From: Rhodobacteraceae bacterium HLUCCA09
GTDB lineage: Bacteria; Pseudomonadota; Alphaproteobacteria; Rhodobacterales; Rhodobacteraceae
Direction of reading: 5' to 3'
Assembly (NCBI GenBank): GCA_001314685.1
Contig: LJNT01000118.1
Location: 2,472-66,471 of the forward strand
Length of the DNA: 64,000 nucleotides
Part shown: one piece after another, positions 33,772 to 43,867 of the stretch
Layout of the letters: each line of letters begins with the position of its first letter
How positions within the stretch are numbered: position 1 is the stretch's first letter
The notes under the pieces: generated by a model
What the model was told of the DNA's origin: nothing
What the model saw: only the letters and a program-made list of their open reading frames with translations
Database searches by the model: none
Position numbers and translations under genes: made by a program

Positions 33772-33780
33772 GGCTCTGCC

Positions 33781-34071
33781 TCAGCGCAGGCCGAAGGCCG
33801 TCGGCAGGATGATGTCGCGCAGGGCGATCACGATGAGGAAGGCCACGAGCGGCGCGAGGTCGAGCGGCCGCGTATCGGGCAGGATGCCCCGGATCGGCTG
33901 GTAGACCGGCTCGAGCAGGCGATTCAGCCCCGTCCAGATGGAACCGACGAATTCCTGCCGGACATTGAGCACGTTGAAATTGATCAGCCAGCTCATGATG
34001 ATGTGCACGATCATGATGAAGAAGACCGCCCCGAGAACGAGCTGGAGGACCTGGTAGATCGCGATGAGCAT
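33781..34071 (-). CDS. yggT: YggT family membrane protein
   Basis: 96 aa from MLIAIYQVLQL. IMSWL...LNRLLEPVYQPIRGILP...LDLAPLVAFL pattern. Confidence 0.85.
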   Translation of the reverse strand: MLIAIYQVLQLVLGAVFFIMIVHIIMSWLINFNVLNVRQEFVGSIWTGLNRLLEPVYQPIRGILPDTRPLDLAPLVAFLIVIALRDIILPTAFGLR

Positions 34072-34298
34072 TGGGCGGACCTCCTCTTGGCGCGTGCGGC
34101 GCACAGGTAGGCCGGCACGCCCGCGCGCGCAAGCGCTGCCGCCCCACTGCCGGCGTCAGCCGCGGCGACGGATCGCTGTGCCGCCAGCGCGACAGCCCGC
34201 CGATGGGAAAAATCCGCGCCATGCTTCACTTTCCGGAAACCCTGATGCCGGCTATACTCCGGCAAAACGAACAGCGGCAGTGACAGGCAGCCCACCCC

Positions 34299-35570
34299 AT
34301 GATTCGAGCATTCGCCGCGGTCGTCTTCGCCGCGATCACCCTTCTGTATCCCTCGTTCATCGTCGCGGCCCCGGCGGTCGAGGCGTCGCCGCGCCCGCAG
34401 GCCCGGCCGCCGGCCCTGGCTGACATGGAATTCACCGCCGCCCGCGCCGGCCATGCCGGGTTCGATGCCTGGGTTGCAGGCTTCAAGCGGCGCGCCGCGG
34501 CCGAGGGAATCGCTGCGCCCGTACTCCAGGCGGCGTTCTCCGGCGTGGGCTACGACCCCGACGTGATCCGTCTCGACCGCAACCAGGCCGAGTTTTCCCG
34601 CACGCTGTGGGACTATCTGGACAGTGCCGTTTCGGACACGCGGGTGACGAACGGCCGCGCCGCGCTGGACCGGCACCGCACGACGCTCGCGGCGATCGAA
34701 CGGCGCTACGGCGTACCGGCCGAGGTGGTGGTGGCGGTCTGGGGGCTCGAGACATCCTACGGCAGCTTCCGGGGCTCGAACGACGTGATCCGCTCGCTGG
34801 CGACCCTGGCCTTTGACGGACGCCGCGCCGACTTTTTCGAGGCGCAGCTCGTCGCCGCCCTGCGCATCCTGCAGGCGGGCGACATCGACCCGCGGTCGAT
34901 GCGCGGCTCGTGGGCCGGGGCGATGGGGCACACCCAGTTCATGCCGACCTCGTTCCTTGACCACGCGGTGGATTTCACCGGCGACGGGCGGCGCGACATC
35001 TGGGGCGAGGACCCGACCGACGCGCTCGCCTCGACGGCCGCCTACCTCGCCCGCTTCGGGTGGCAGACGGGCCAGCCCTGGGGGGTCGAGGTGGTGCTGC
35101 CCGATGGCTTCGACTACGCGCTGACAGGGCGCGCCGTCACCCGCGATCCGGACGCGTGGGCCCGGATGGGCGTGCGCGACACCGCCGGGCGGGCGGTGCC
35201 CGATCACGGGCCCGCCTCCATCCTGCTGCCGGCGGGCGCGCGCGGCGCGGCCTTCATGGTGTTCGACAATTTCGGCGTGATCGAGCGCTACAACCCCGCC
35301 GACGCCTACGTGATCGGTGTCGGCCACCTGTCCGACCGCATCGCAGGTGGGCCGCCGATCCAGTCGGCGTGGCCGCGCGGAGATCGCGCGCTCAGCTTCG
35401 CCGAGCGCGAGGAACTGCAGGCGCGGCTGACGCGGGCGGGCTTCGATACGCAAGGCGTCGACGGCCGGATCGGCCCCAACACCGAGGCCGCCATCCGCGG
35501 CTACCAGAATTCCGCCGGGCTCATCCCCGACGGCTACGCCTCGCTCGCGCTGCTCGAACGCCTGCGCTGA
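34299..35570 (+). CDS. Lytic murein transglycosylase (MltB-like) with C-terminal peptidoglycan-binding domain
   Basis: 423 aa with signal peptide. GLETSYG, AGAMGHTQFMPTSF. C-terminal GVDGRIGPNTEAAIRGYQ. Confidence 0.88.
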   Translation: MIRAFAAVVFAAITLLYPSFIVAAPAVEASPRPQARPPALADMEFTAARAGHAGFDAWVAGFKRRAAAEGIAAPVLQAAFSGVGYDPDVIRLDRNQAEFSRTLWDYLDSAVSDTRVTNGRAALDRHRTTLAAIERRYGVPAEVVVAVWGLETSYGSFRGSNDVIRSLATLAFDGRRADFFEAQLVAALRILQAGDIDPRSMRGSWAGAMGHTQFMPTSFLDHAVDFTGDGRRDIWGEDPTDALASTAAYLARFGWQTGQPWGVEVVLPDGFDYALTGRAVTRDPDAWARMGVRDTAGRAVPDHGPASILLPAGARGAAFMVFDNFGVIERYNPADAYVIGVGHLSDRIAGGPPIQSAWPRGDRALSFAEREELQARLTRAGFDTQGVDGRIGPNTEAAIRGYQNSAGLIPDGYASLALLERLR

Positions 35571-35615
35571 CTGTCCGGCCTTGCGCCGGCGGCGCGTGCG
35601 GGACGCCTTCGGCGG

Positions 35616-35744
35616 GCGTATTTGCAACAGAAAGAAACAGCGCGCTGCGCCCTTCCCGAGGCGGTCGCGCCCGTGTCGCCGTGTGCCCCGCGCTCTGGAG
35701 TGCCGCTGGCCTTCCCTTTCGGCTTCTTTCTGTCTCAAATACGC
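35616..35744. repeat. MITE-like element: 23-nt terminal inverted repeats of the dispersed repeat core flanking 83 bp
   Basis: Left GCGTATTTGCAACAGAAAGAAAC (35616-35638). Right, reverse-complemented, GCGTATTTGAGACAGAAAGAAGC (35722-35744). 20/23 identical. Confidence 0.7.
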
Positions 35745-35846
35745 ACCTTTGCGACCGGGCAGCCGGGCGTGGCGGCGGGCGGTCCGCCGCGTGGCCCGCG
35801 CGCGGTGGCTTCACAGCGACGGGTCGGGCGCCTATATGGCCGCCCC

Positions 35847-36320
35847 ATGGCCAAGCGCAACGAAAACAAGAACTACAAGGTGATCGCCGAGAACCGGCGC
35901 GCCCGCTACGACTACGCCATTGACGAAGAGATCGAGTGCGGGATCGTGCTGCAGGGCTCGGAGGTGAAGTCGCTCCGGCTCAACACCGCGCAGATTACCG
36001 AGAGCTACGCCGAGGTGAAGGACGGCGAACTGTGGCTCGTCAATAGCTACATCGCCCCCTATGAGCAGGCCATGTTCGGCCACGAGGACAGGCGGCGCCG
36101 CAAGCTCCTCGTCTCGCGGCGGGAGATCGCGCGGATGTGGTCCGACACCCAGCGCAAGGGCATGACGTTGGTGCCGCTTGTGCTCTACTTCAACCACCGC
36201 GGCATCGCGAAGGTGAAGATCGGCATCGCCAGGGGCAAGAAGGCGCCCGACAAGCGCGCCACCGAGGCCAAGCGCGACTGGCAGCGTCAGAAGAGCCGCC
36301 TGCTGAAGGAGCATGGCTGA
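35847..36320 (+). CDS. smpB: SsrA-binding protein SmpB
   Basis: 157 aa. [32 protein letters not shown]...LLVSRREI. Confidence 0.95.
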   Translation: MAKRNENKNYKVIAENRRARYDYAIDEEIECGIVLQGSEVKSLRLNTAQITESYAEVKDGELWLVNSYIAPYEQAMFGHEDRRRRKLLVSRREIARMWSDTQRKGMTLVPLVLYFNHRGIAKVKIGIARGKKAPDKRATEAKRDWQRQKSRLLKEHG

Positions 36321-36417
36321 ACGGAAGGCGCCGCGCCGCCGAGGCGCACGGGCGGATGGTCAGCGGCCCGCGTCAGGGCTAGGGACGTCCGGCCGACCGA
36401 GACCGGAGATCTCCCGC

Positions 36418-37032
36418 ATGGCCGACGCCCGCTTCTGGGATCGTGTCGCCGATCGCTACGCGAGACGGCCCATCGACGACCCCGCCGCCTACGAGGCGAC
36501 GCTGGAGCGGGTGCGCGCGCATCTGCGCGCCGAGGACCGTGCGCTCGAGATCGGCTGCGGCACCGGCGCCACCGCCCTCCTGCTCGCGCCGTCGGTCGCC
36601 ACCTACCACGCCACCGACCTCTCGCCCCGCATGATCGGGATCGCGCAAGGGAAACCGGAGGCGCAGGCGCTGCCGCAGCTCTCCTTCGCCGTCGCCGAGG
36701 GGGTGCCGGACGGGGGCGGGCCGTGGGACGCCGTGCTCGCCTTCAACGCGCTGCACCTTCTCGACGACCTGCCGGGCGCCCTGCGCGCCATCCATGCCGG
36801 GCTGCGCCCCGGCGGGCGGCTGATCTCGAAGACGCCGTGCTTCAGCGACCTTGCCCTGTGGATTGGCGTCCTCGTGCCGGTCCTGCGGGTGGTGGGCCTC
36901 GCGCCCCCGGTGAGGTTCTACAGTGCAAGGGGCCTGGAGCGCGCCATCGAGGCAGCCGGCTTCCGCGTCGTCGAGACGGGCGACTACCCCGCACGCCGCG
37001 CCCAGCGCCTGATCGTGGCCGAGAGGGCCTGA
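36418..37032 (+). CDS. Class I SAM-dependent methyltransferase
   Basis: 204 aa from MADARFWDRVADRY. SAM motif I LEIGCGTGATA. Confidence 0.8.
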   Translation: MADARFWDRVADRYARRPIDDPAAYEATLERVRAHLRAEDRALEIGCGTGATALLLAPSVATYHATDLSPRMIGIAQGKPEAQALPQLSFAVAEGVPDGGGPWDAVLAFNALHLLDDLPGALRAIHAGLRPGGRLISKTPCFSDLALWIGVLVPVLRVVGLAPPVRFYSARGLERAIEAAGFRVVETGDYPARRAQRLIVAERA

Positions 37033-37118
37033 CCCGGCGGCGCGGCCCTCGCTTGCCACCCCGCCGCGCGCGATTTAAGCAGTCCCGACGATCCGACGTC
37101 ACGAGGGACGACGCGCCC

Positions 37119-37982
37119 ATGCAGGACGACCCCCGCACGCTGGTCAGCACCGACTGGCTCGCCGCACACCTCTCCGACCCCGATCTGCGGGTTCTCGACG
37201 CCTCGCTCTACCTGCCGGGCACCGACCGCGATGCGCGGGCGGAGTACGAGGAGGCGCACATCCCCGGCGCGCGCTTTTTCGACATCGACAAGGTGTCGGA
37301 TTCGCGATCGGAGCTGCCGCACATGGCGCCGCCGACCGAGAAGTTCATGAGCCGCTGTCGCGCGATGGGCGTGGGCGACGGGCACCAGGTGGTGGTCTAC
37401 GACGGGGCGGGGCTGTTCTCGGCCGCGCGCGTCTGGTGGCTCTTTCGCCTGATGGGCAAGCCCGACATCGCGGTGCTCGACGGCGGCTTTCCCAGGTGGC
37501 AGGCGGAGGGGCGCCCGGTGGAGGACTTGCCGCCGCTCGCCCGCGACCGGCACATGACGGCGCAGCGGCAGGCCCACCTCGTGAAGGATGTCACGCAGGT
37601 CGCGCAGGCGGCCAAGCTGCGCGACTGGCAGATCGTCGATGCCCGGTCGCCGGGGCGGTTCACCGGCGAGGAGCCGGAGCCGCGCGCGGGCCTGAGGTCA
37701 GGCCATATCCCCGGCTCGACGAACCTGCATTACCGCCAGCTCCTGAACGACGACGGCACGATGAAGGCCGAGGCCGGGCTGCGGGCCGCCTTCGACGCGG
37801 CGGGAGTCGATCTGGCCAAGCCCGTCATCACCACCTGCGGCTCGGGCGTGACGGCGGCGATAGTGAATCTCGCCCTCGCCCGCCTCGGCCACCAGAGCAA
37901 CGCGCTCTACGACGGGTCGTGGGCCGAATGGGGCCGCTTCCCCGATCTCGCCGTCGCCACCGGTCGCCCGGAGACGGCATGA
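37119..37982 (+). CDS. sseA: 3-mercaptopyruvate sulfurtransferase (tandem rhodanese)
   Basis: 287 aa. LVSTDWLAAHL, EYEEAHIPGARFFDI, active-site loop TTCGSGVTA. Confidence 0.88.
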   Translation: MQDDPRTLVSTDWLAAHLSDPDLRVLDASLYLPGTDRDARAEYEEAHIPGARFFDIDKVSDSRSELPHMAPPTEKFMSRCRAMGVGDGHQVVVYDGAGLFSAARVWWLFRLMGKPDIAVLDGGFPRWQAEGRPVEDLPPLARDRHMTAQRQAHLVKDVTQVAQAAKLRDWQIVDARSPGRFTGEEPEPRAGLRSGHIPGSTNLHYRQLLNDDGTMKAEAGLRAAFDAAGVDLAKPVITTCGSGVTAAIVNLALARLGHQSNALYDGSWAEWGRFPDLAVATGRPETA

Positions 37983-38545
37983 CCGTCACGCCCGCCGGAA
38001 CCGAACTGCGCTACACCGTCACCTGGCTCGAGATGACGGAGCGGCCCGCCTACCCCTATCCGCCTGCCCCCTCCGGCAAGCCCGCGGCGCTGCTCAAGGC
38101 CGAGAGCCCGCCACCGTGGTTCTTCCTCTGCCTCTACGACGCGGTGGGGCGCGACTACGCCTGGGAGGACATGCACGAGCACGACGAGCAGAGCCTCGCC
38201 GCCTGGCTCTCCGACGAGCGCACCTACCTCTACACGCTGATGCGCGATGGCTGGCCCCACGGCTTCTTCCTGCTCGACGCGCGGCGCGAGGGCGTGTGCG
38301 ACCTGTCGTATTTCGGTCTGGTGCCGCAGGCGGTGGGCACGGGGCTCGGCCGCTTCCTGCTGGAGAGCGCGGTGCATACCGGGTGGGACCTGCCCGGCAC
38401 CCGGAAGATGACCGTCAACACCTGCACGCTCGATCACCCCCGCGCGCTCGGCCTCTACCAGCGGGCCGGGTTCGAGCCGGTGGGGCGCAGCGAGCATACC
38501 CGCGTGCTGACCCGCCCGCTCGATTCCGCTCGCGTGCCCGACTGA
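37979..38545 (+). CDS. GNAT family N-acetyltransferase
   Basis: 188 aa. Acetyl-CoA loop QAVGTGLGRFLL. ATGA overlap with sseA. Confidence 0.75.
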   Translation: MTVTPAGTELRYTVTWLEMTERPAYPYPPAPSGKPAALLKAESPPPWFFLCLYDAVGRDYAWEDMHEHDEQSLAAWLSDERTYLYTLMRDGWPHGFFLLDARREGVCDLSYFGLVPQAVGTGLGRFLLESAVHTGWDLPGTRKMTVNTCTLDHPRALGLYQRAGFEPVGRSEHTRVLTRPLDSARVPD

Positions 38546-38553
38546 GCGGCGCG

Positions 38554-39741
38554 GTGGTGCTCGACAGGGTCACGGCGCCTGAGCCCGATGCCATCCTGCG
38601 GCTGATGCGCGCCTTCGCCGACGACCCACGCCCCGGAAAGATCGACCTCGGCGTGGGGGTCTACCGCACCGAGGCGGGCGAGACGCCCGTCATGCGGGCG
38701 GTCAAGGCGGCCGAGCGGCGCCTGTGGGAGGAGCAGCGGAGCAAGGGCTACGTCGCGCTCGCGGGCGACCCGGCCTTTCTCGAGGCGATGTGCGTGCTCA
38801 CGCTGGGCGACGCTGTGGAGGGCGCGTGCGTCGCCGCCGCTGCCACGCCGGGCGGCACGGCGGCGGTGCGGCAGGCGCTCGACCTGGTGCGGATGACGGC
38901 GCCCGGCGCGACCGTTTGGGTGAGCGCGCCGACATGGCCCAACCACGTCTCGATCCTCACCGCGATCGGCCAGCCCTTCCGCGCCTACCGGTATCTCGAC
39001 GCCGAGACCGGCGCGCTCGACCGCGAAGGCATGCGCGCCGACCTTGCGCAGGCGCGAGAGGGCGACGTGGTGCTGCTGCACGGCTGCTGCCACAACCCCA
39101 CCGGCGTCGACCTCGCCCGCGACGACTGGGCACGGGTGGCGCAGGACTGTGCCGCGCGGGGCCTCCTGCCCATGGTCGATCTCGCCTACCAGGGCCTTGG
39201 CGACGGGGTGGAGGCCGACGTGGCGGGGCTGCGGTCGCTTGCCCGCGCGGTGCCCGAGCTGCTGCTGTGCGTGTCCGGCTCCAAGACCTTCGGCCTCTAT
39301 CGCGACCGGGTGGGGGCGGTGCTGGCGGTGACGGAGGGATCGGCGACGCGGGACCGGGTCGCGGCCCGCCTCGCCGGGCTCAACCGTCAGGCCTATGCCT
39401 TTCCGCCCGACCACGGCGCACGGCTGGTGACGATGATCCTCGCCGACCCCGCGCTCCGGGCGGAGTGGGAGGCGGAACTGGCCGGCATGCGCGCCCGGAT
39501 CGCCGCGATGCGCGGGGCTCTGGCCGACGCGCTGCGGGCCGAGACGGGTTCCGACCGGTTCGGCTTTCTCGCGGATCAGCGGGGGATGTTCTCGCTCATC
39601 GGCGCCACGCCCGCCCAGATGGACGAGTTGCGCAAGGAGCACGCGATCTATGGCGTGCAGGACGGGCGGATCAACGTGGCGGGGCTGACACGGGGCACAG
39701 TGGCGCGCGCCGCGCGGGCCATCGCCGCCGTGCTGGCGTGA
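38554..39741 (+). CDS. Aromatic/aspartate aminotransferase (class I, TyrB/AspC-like)
   Basis: PDAILRLMRAFADDPRPGKIDLGVGVY. HNPTG. PLP-lysine block SGSKTFGLYRDRVG. GTG start at 38554 or 38557. Confidence 0.88.
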   Translation: MVLDRVTAPEPDAILRLMRAFADDPRPGKIDLGVGVYRTEAGETPVMRAVKAAERRLWEEQRSKGYVALAGDPAFLEAMCVLTLGDAVEGACVAAAATPGGTAAVRQALDLVRMTAPGATVWVSAPTWPNHVSILTAIGQPFRAYRYLDAETGALDREGMRADLAQAREGDVVLLHGCCHNPTGVDLARDDWARVAQDCAARGLLPMVDLAYQGLGDGVEADVAGLRSLARAVPELLLCVSGSKTFGLYRDRVGAVLAVTEGSATRDRVAARLAGLNRQAYAFPPDHGARLVTMILADPALRAEWEAELAGMRARIAAMRGALADALRAETGSDRFGFLADQRGMFSLIGATPAQMDELRKEHAIYGVQDGRINVAGLTRGTVARAARAIAAVLA

Positions 39742-39745
39742 GCCG

Positions 39746-40177
39746 TCAGGGCAGCGGGCGCGTCATGTCGCGGTGCGGGATGCGCGCGTCGAGGTATTCC
39801 GGCCCGTGCGCGGCGAAGCCGAGCCGCTCGTAGAAGGGGATCACCGCCACCTGCGCGCCGAGGCGCGCCTCGGTCGCGCCCGCCTCTGCCGCGACGCGCA
39901 GGCCCTCGCGCAGAAGCGCCGCCCCGAGACCCGTGCCGCGATGGGCGCGGGCCACGCAGACGCGCTCGATCTTGGCGGCTTCGCCCGTGAAGCGCAGGCG
40001 CAGGGTGCCGGCCGGGGCGCCGTCGACGGTGGCCAGCAGGTGGCGCGCGCCCTCGTCGAGGCCGTCGATCTCTTCCTCGCGGGTGACGCCCTGCTCGCCG
40101 CAGAACACCGCGATCCGCAGGGCGAGGCAGGCGGCGCGGTCGTCGTCGGTCGCCGCCTCGGCGATGGCCCACGTCAT
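39746..40177 (-). CDS. GNAT family N-acetyltransferase
   Basis: 143 aa. [13 protein letters not shown] acetyl-CoA loop. ATGA overlap with the dapE stop. Confidence 0.8.
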   Translation of the reverse strand: MTWAIAEAATDDDRAACLALRIAVFCGEQGVTREEEIDGLDEGARHLLATVDGAPAGTLRLRFTGEAAKIERVCVARAHRGTGLGAALLREGLRVAAEAGATEARLGAQVAVIPFYERLGFAAHGPEYLDARIPHRDMTRPLP

Positions 40178-41313
40178 GCGAAGTAGTCGGTCAGGATGCG
40201 GCGGTAGATCGCCTCGAGCTGGCGGATCTGCGCCACGTCCACCCGCTCGTCGACCTGGTGCATGGTGCGGCCGACCAGCCCGAACTCCACCACCGGGCAG
40301 TGATTCTTGACGAAGCGCGCGTCCGACGTGCCGCCCGTGGTCGACAGCTCGGGCGTGCGCCCCGTCTCGGCCTCGACCGCGCTCGCCACGAGGCTCGACA
40401 GCGGCCCCGGGGGGGTCAGGAACGCCTCGCCCGAGACCTTCACCTCAACGTCGATCTTGACGCCCGTCTCGCCGGCGACCTGCGCGGCCTCGGCCCGCAG
40501 CCACTCGGTCAGCGTGGCGCCGGTATGGATGTCGTTGAAGCGCACGTTGACGATGGCGCGCGACGTGGCGGGGATGACGTTGGTCGCCGGGTTGCCGGTG
40601 TCGATAGATGTGAGCGCAAGCGTCGTGGGGTCGAAATGCTCTGTCCCGCGGTCGAGCTCGGCCGAGGCGAGCCGGTGGCAGAGCGCGGCGATGGCGGTGA
40701 CCGGGTTCTTCGCGCGGTGGGGATAGGCGGAATGACCCTGCACGCCCCGCGCCTCGATCCACGCCGAGAGTGAGCCGCGGCGGCCGATCTTGATCGTGTC
40801 GCCCATCTCGTCACGGCAGGTGGGCTCGCCCACCAGGCACACGTCCATCCGCTCGCCGTGGCGCTCCATCCAGTCGAGCAGGGCGGCCGTGCCGTCGACG
40901 GCGTCGCCCTCCTCGTCGCCGGTGATGGCGAGGATCACGGCACCGTCCGAAGGCGTGGCGCGCACGAAGCCGCAGGCGGCAGTCACGAAGGCGGCCACAC
41001 CCGACTTCATGTCGGTGGCGCCGCGGCCCCAGATCTGCCCGTCCCGCTGCGTGCCGCCGAAGGGGTCGGCCGTCCAGGCCCGCGCGTCGCCCACCGGCAC
41101 CACGTCGGTATGGCCGTTGAAGCCGAAGGTGCGGGCCGCGCCCCTCTCGCCCCAGCGGGCGAAGAGGTTGCAGACGTGGCCGCGGTCGACGCGGGTGCAG
41201 GAAAAGCCGGCCTCGCTCAGCACCCCCTCGAGCAGGTGCAGCGCGCCCCCTTCGGCGGGCGTGACGGAGGGGCAGCGGATCAGCTCGGCGGTGAGGCGGA
41301 CGGGATCGGTCAT
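40174..41313 (-). CDS. dapE: Succinyl-diaminopimelate desuccinylase
   Basis: 379 aa. [27 protein letters not shown]20 dimerisation domain pattern. Confidence 0.9.
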   Translation of the reverse strand: MTDPVRLTAELIRCPSVTPAEGGALHLLEGVLSEAGFSCTRVDRGHVCNLFARWGERGAARTFGFNGHTDVVPVGDARAWTADPFGGTQRDGQIWGRGATDMKSGVAAFVTAACGFVRATPSDGAVILAITGDEEGDAVDGTAALLDWMERHGERMDVCLVGEPTCRDEMGDTIKIGRRGSLSAWIEARGVQGHSAYPHRAKNPVTAIAALCHRLASAELDRGTEHFDPTTLALTSIDTGNPATNVIPATSRAIVNVRFNDIHTGATLTEWLRAEAAQVAGETGVKIDVEVKVSGEAFLTPPGPLSSLVASAVEAETGRTPELSTTGGTSDARFVKNHCPVVEFGLVGRTMHQVDERVDVAQIRQLEAIYRRILTDYFA

Positions 41314-41400
41314 GGAAGCGGCTTAGCCCCGGGCACGTCCGGGGGCAATCGCTGCGCGACCCGCCATCGCGTGTGGCAGGCGCCCCGCGCGGGGCGGGCG

Positions 41401-43743
41401 CTACTTGCGGCGGCGCGTGACCTTGCGCGCGCCCTTCGCCGGCCCCTTGCCGGTGGGCTTGGCGCCGGTGGCCCCCTTGGCGGCCTTGCCCTTTGGCGCG
41501 CGCTTCGGGCCGGTCGGGCCCTTCCCAGGCGGCTTGCCCTTGCCACGCCCCTTGCGCGGGCCGCGGCGGAAGCCGTCGGGCATGGCGCCGCCCTCGACCT
41601 CCTCTCCCGCGATCTCGAGCGGCTCGAGCATCAGCCCGCCGGTCACCGGCACCGCCTCGACCAGCCGCACCCGCACCCGCTGGCCGAGCGAGATGACGCG
41701 GCCCGTATCGGCGCCCATCAGCGTGTTCTCGTCGCGGTCGTGGTGGAAATACTCGTTGCCGAGCGCGCGGATGGGCACGAGGCCGTCGGCGCCGGTCTCG
41801 TCGAGCTTCACGAACAGGCCGAAGCGGGCGATGCCGCTGACGCGACCCCCGAATTCCTGCCCGACCCGCTCCGACAGGTAGGCGGCGAGGTAGCGGTCGG
41901 TCGTGTCGCGCTCGGCCAGCATCGAGCGCCGCTCGGTCTGCGAGATCGCCTGCGCCGTGCTCTCGAGGTGGTCGATATCGGCGTCGGTCAGCCCGTCGTC
42001 GCCCCAGCGATGCGCGCGGATGAGCGCGCGGTGCACCACGAGATCGGCGTAGCGGCGGATGGGCGAGGTGAAATGCGCGTAGGTGCGCAGCGCGAGCCCG
42101 AAATGGCCGTAGTTCTCGGGCGCGTAATACGCCTGCTGCATCGAGCGCAGGGTGGCCATGTTGATGAGTTCCGACAGCTCGGTGCCGGCGGCCTCGTTCA
42201 GCAGGCGGTTGAGGTGGCGGGTCTGCAGCACCTGCCCCTTGGCCAGCGCCAGCCCGCTGGCGCGGGCCGTCTCGCGCAGGGCGTCGAGCTTGTCGGCGTC
42301 GGGTTCCTCGTGGACACGGAAGAGAAGCGGCGACTTCTTCTGCACCAGCGTCTCGCCGGCGCAGACATTGGCGAGGATCATGAATTCCTCGATCAGCCGG
42401 TGCGCCTCGAGCCGGTCGCGGAAGGCGACCGACAGCACGTCGCCCGTGTCAGACAGCACGATCCGCCGCTCGGGCAGGTCGAGGTCGAGCGGCTGGCGCT
42501 TCTCGCGGGCGAAGGCGGCGGCGCGATACGCGGCGTGGAGCGGCTTCAGCACGTCCTCGACCAGCGGGCCGGCCTTGTCGCCGGGCTGCCCGTCGAAGGC
42601 TGCCTGCACCTGCTCGTAGGTCAGCGAGGCGGCCGAGCGCATCAGCCCGCGGTGAAAGGTCGAGCCGATCAGCGCGCCGTCTTCGGCCAGGCGCATCCGC
42701 ACGGCGAGACAGGCGCGCGGCACGCCCTCGTGCAGCGAGCACAGGTCGGCCGACAGCCGCTCGGGCAGCATCGGCACCACCCGGTCGGGGAAATAGGTGG
42801 AGTTGCCGCGGGTCAGCGCCTCGCGGTCGAGTGCGCTGCCGGAGCGGACGTAATGGGCCACGTCGGCGATGGCGACCCAGACGACGTGGCCGCCGGGATT
42901 GTCGTCGGCGTCGTCGGGGTGGGCGTAGACCGCGTCGTCGTGGTCGCGGGCGTCCTCGGGGTCGATGGTGACGAGCGGCAGGTGGCGGAGGTCTTCGCGG
43001 CCCTTCAGCCCCGCGGGCTTCATCCGGTCGGCCTCGGCCAGCGCCGCCTCGGGAAAGACGTCGGGGATGCCATGCTGATGGATCGCGATGAGAGAGACCG
43101 ATTTCGGCGCGGAAGGGTCGCCCAGCCGCTCGACCACGCGCGCCCTCGGCAGGCCCATGCGGGCGCCGGGGCCGGCCTGCTCGGCCTCGACGAGTTCGCC
43201 GTCCTTCGCGCCGCCGGCATTGCCGGGCGGCACCATCCACTCGCGGTCGGCGCCCTTGTCGATGGGCACGATCCGCCCGCCCTCGGCGCCGGTGCGAAAG
43301 ATGCCGAGGATCGTGCGCGGCGCGGTGCCGATCTTTCGGATCAGGCGCCCCTCGTACTGGTGGTCCTCGCCGGTCACCTCGCGCAGGCGCAGCAGCACCC
43401 GGTCGCCCTCGCCCAGCGCGGGCTCGCCCTCGCGCGGGATCATCAGGATGCGCGGTTCGGGCCCCTCGCCGTGCCATTCGAGCGGCCTCGCCGTCAGGTC
43501 GCCATCGTCGTCGGGCGGGCCGATCTGGCAGACGGTGACGGGCGGCAGGCGCTCGGGGTCGCGATACTGGCCCTTGCGCTTGTCGAGGTGGCCTTCGTCC
43601 TCGAGCTCGCGGAGCATCCGCTTGAGATCGATCCGCGCCGCCCCCTTCACGCCGAAGGCGCGGGCGATGTCGCGCTTCGCGGTCTGGCCGGGGTTTTCGG
43701 CGATCCAGTCGAGGATCTGCGCCTTGGTGGGAAGTTCTGCCAT
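41401..43743 (-). CDS. rnr: Ribonuclease R with Lys/Gly/Pro-rich basic C-terminal tail
   Basis: 780 aa. RNB catalytic region (TIDPEDARDHDDAV), S1 domain, basic tail PRKGRGKGKPPGKGPTGPKRAPKGKAAKG. Confidence 0.92.
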   Translation of the reverse strand: MAELPTKAQILDWIAENPGQTAKRDIARAFGVKGAARIDLKRMLRELEDEGHLDKRKGQYRDPERLPPVTVCQIGPPDDDGDLTARPLEWHGEGPEPRILMIPREGEPALGEGDRVLLRLREVTGEDHQYEGRLIRKIGTAPRTILGIFRTGAEGGRIVPIDKGADREWMVPPGNAGGAKDGELVEAEQAGPGARMGLPRARVVERLGDPSAPKSVSLIAIHQHGIPDVFPEAALAEADRMKPAGLKGREDLRHLPLVTIDPEDARDHDDAVYAHPDDADDNPGGHVVWVAIADVAHYVRSGSALDREALTRGNSTYFPDRVVPMLPERLSADLCSLHEGVPRACLAVRMRLAEDGALIGSTFHRGLMRSAASLTYEQVQAAFDGQPGDKAGPLVEDVLKPLHAAYRAAAFAREKRQPLDLDLPERRIVLSDTGDVLSVAFRDRLEAHRLIEEFMILANVCAGETLVQKKSPLLFRVHEEPDADKLDALRETARASGLALAKGQVLQTRHLNRLLNEAAGTELSELINMATLRSMQQAYYAPENYGHFGLALRTYAHFTSPIRRYADLVVHRALIRAHRWGDDGLTDADIDHLESTAQAISQTERRSMLAERDTTDRYLAAYLSERVGQEFGGRVSGIARFGLFVKLDETGADGLVPIRALGNEYFHHDRDENTLMGADTGRVISLGQRVRVRLVEAVPVTGGLMLEPLEIAGEEVEGGAMPDGFRRGPRKGRGKGKPPGKGPTGPKRAPKGKAAKGATGAKPTGKGPAKGARKVTRRRK

Positions 43744-43808
43744 GGGCGGGAGGTAGCACTTCGCCCCTGCCGTTTCGAGGGGCCACGGGAGGGGCCTGCC
43801 CGCGCATG

Positions 43809-43840
43809 AAAAAGGCCCCGGGCGACGCGCGCCCGGGGCC
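43809..43840 (-). terminator. Rho-independent terminator of glnK-amtB
   Basis: Minus strand: GGCCCCGGGCG-CGCGU-CGCCCGGGGCC followed by UUUUU. Sits 27 nt after the amtB stop. Confidence 0.8.
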
Positions 43841-43867
43841 AGGGTCTGGGCTGCCGGAAGGGAGGGG

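Noticed and set aside
31270-34110. 946-aa plus-strand ORF
   Set aside because: It is antisense to recQ and yggT, low complexity, with no motifs. RecQ on the minus strand has all helicase signatures.
35571-35846. tmRNA (ssrA) or another known ncRNA next to smpB
   Set aside because: I could find no tRNA-like acceptor/T-arm sequence (no GGTTCGAATCC-like block) and no tag reading frame. The region is explained by the inverted repeat element instead.
40858-43809. 983-aa plus-strand ORF
   Set aside because: It is antisense to rnr and the start of dapE. Shadow ORF.
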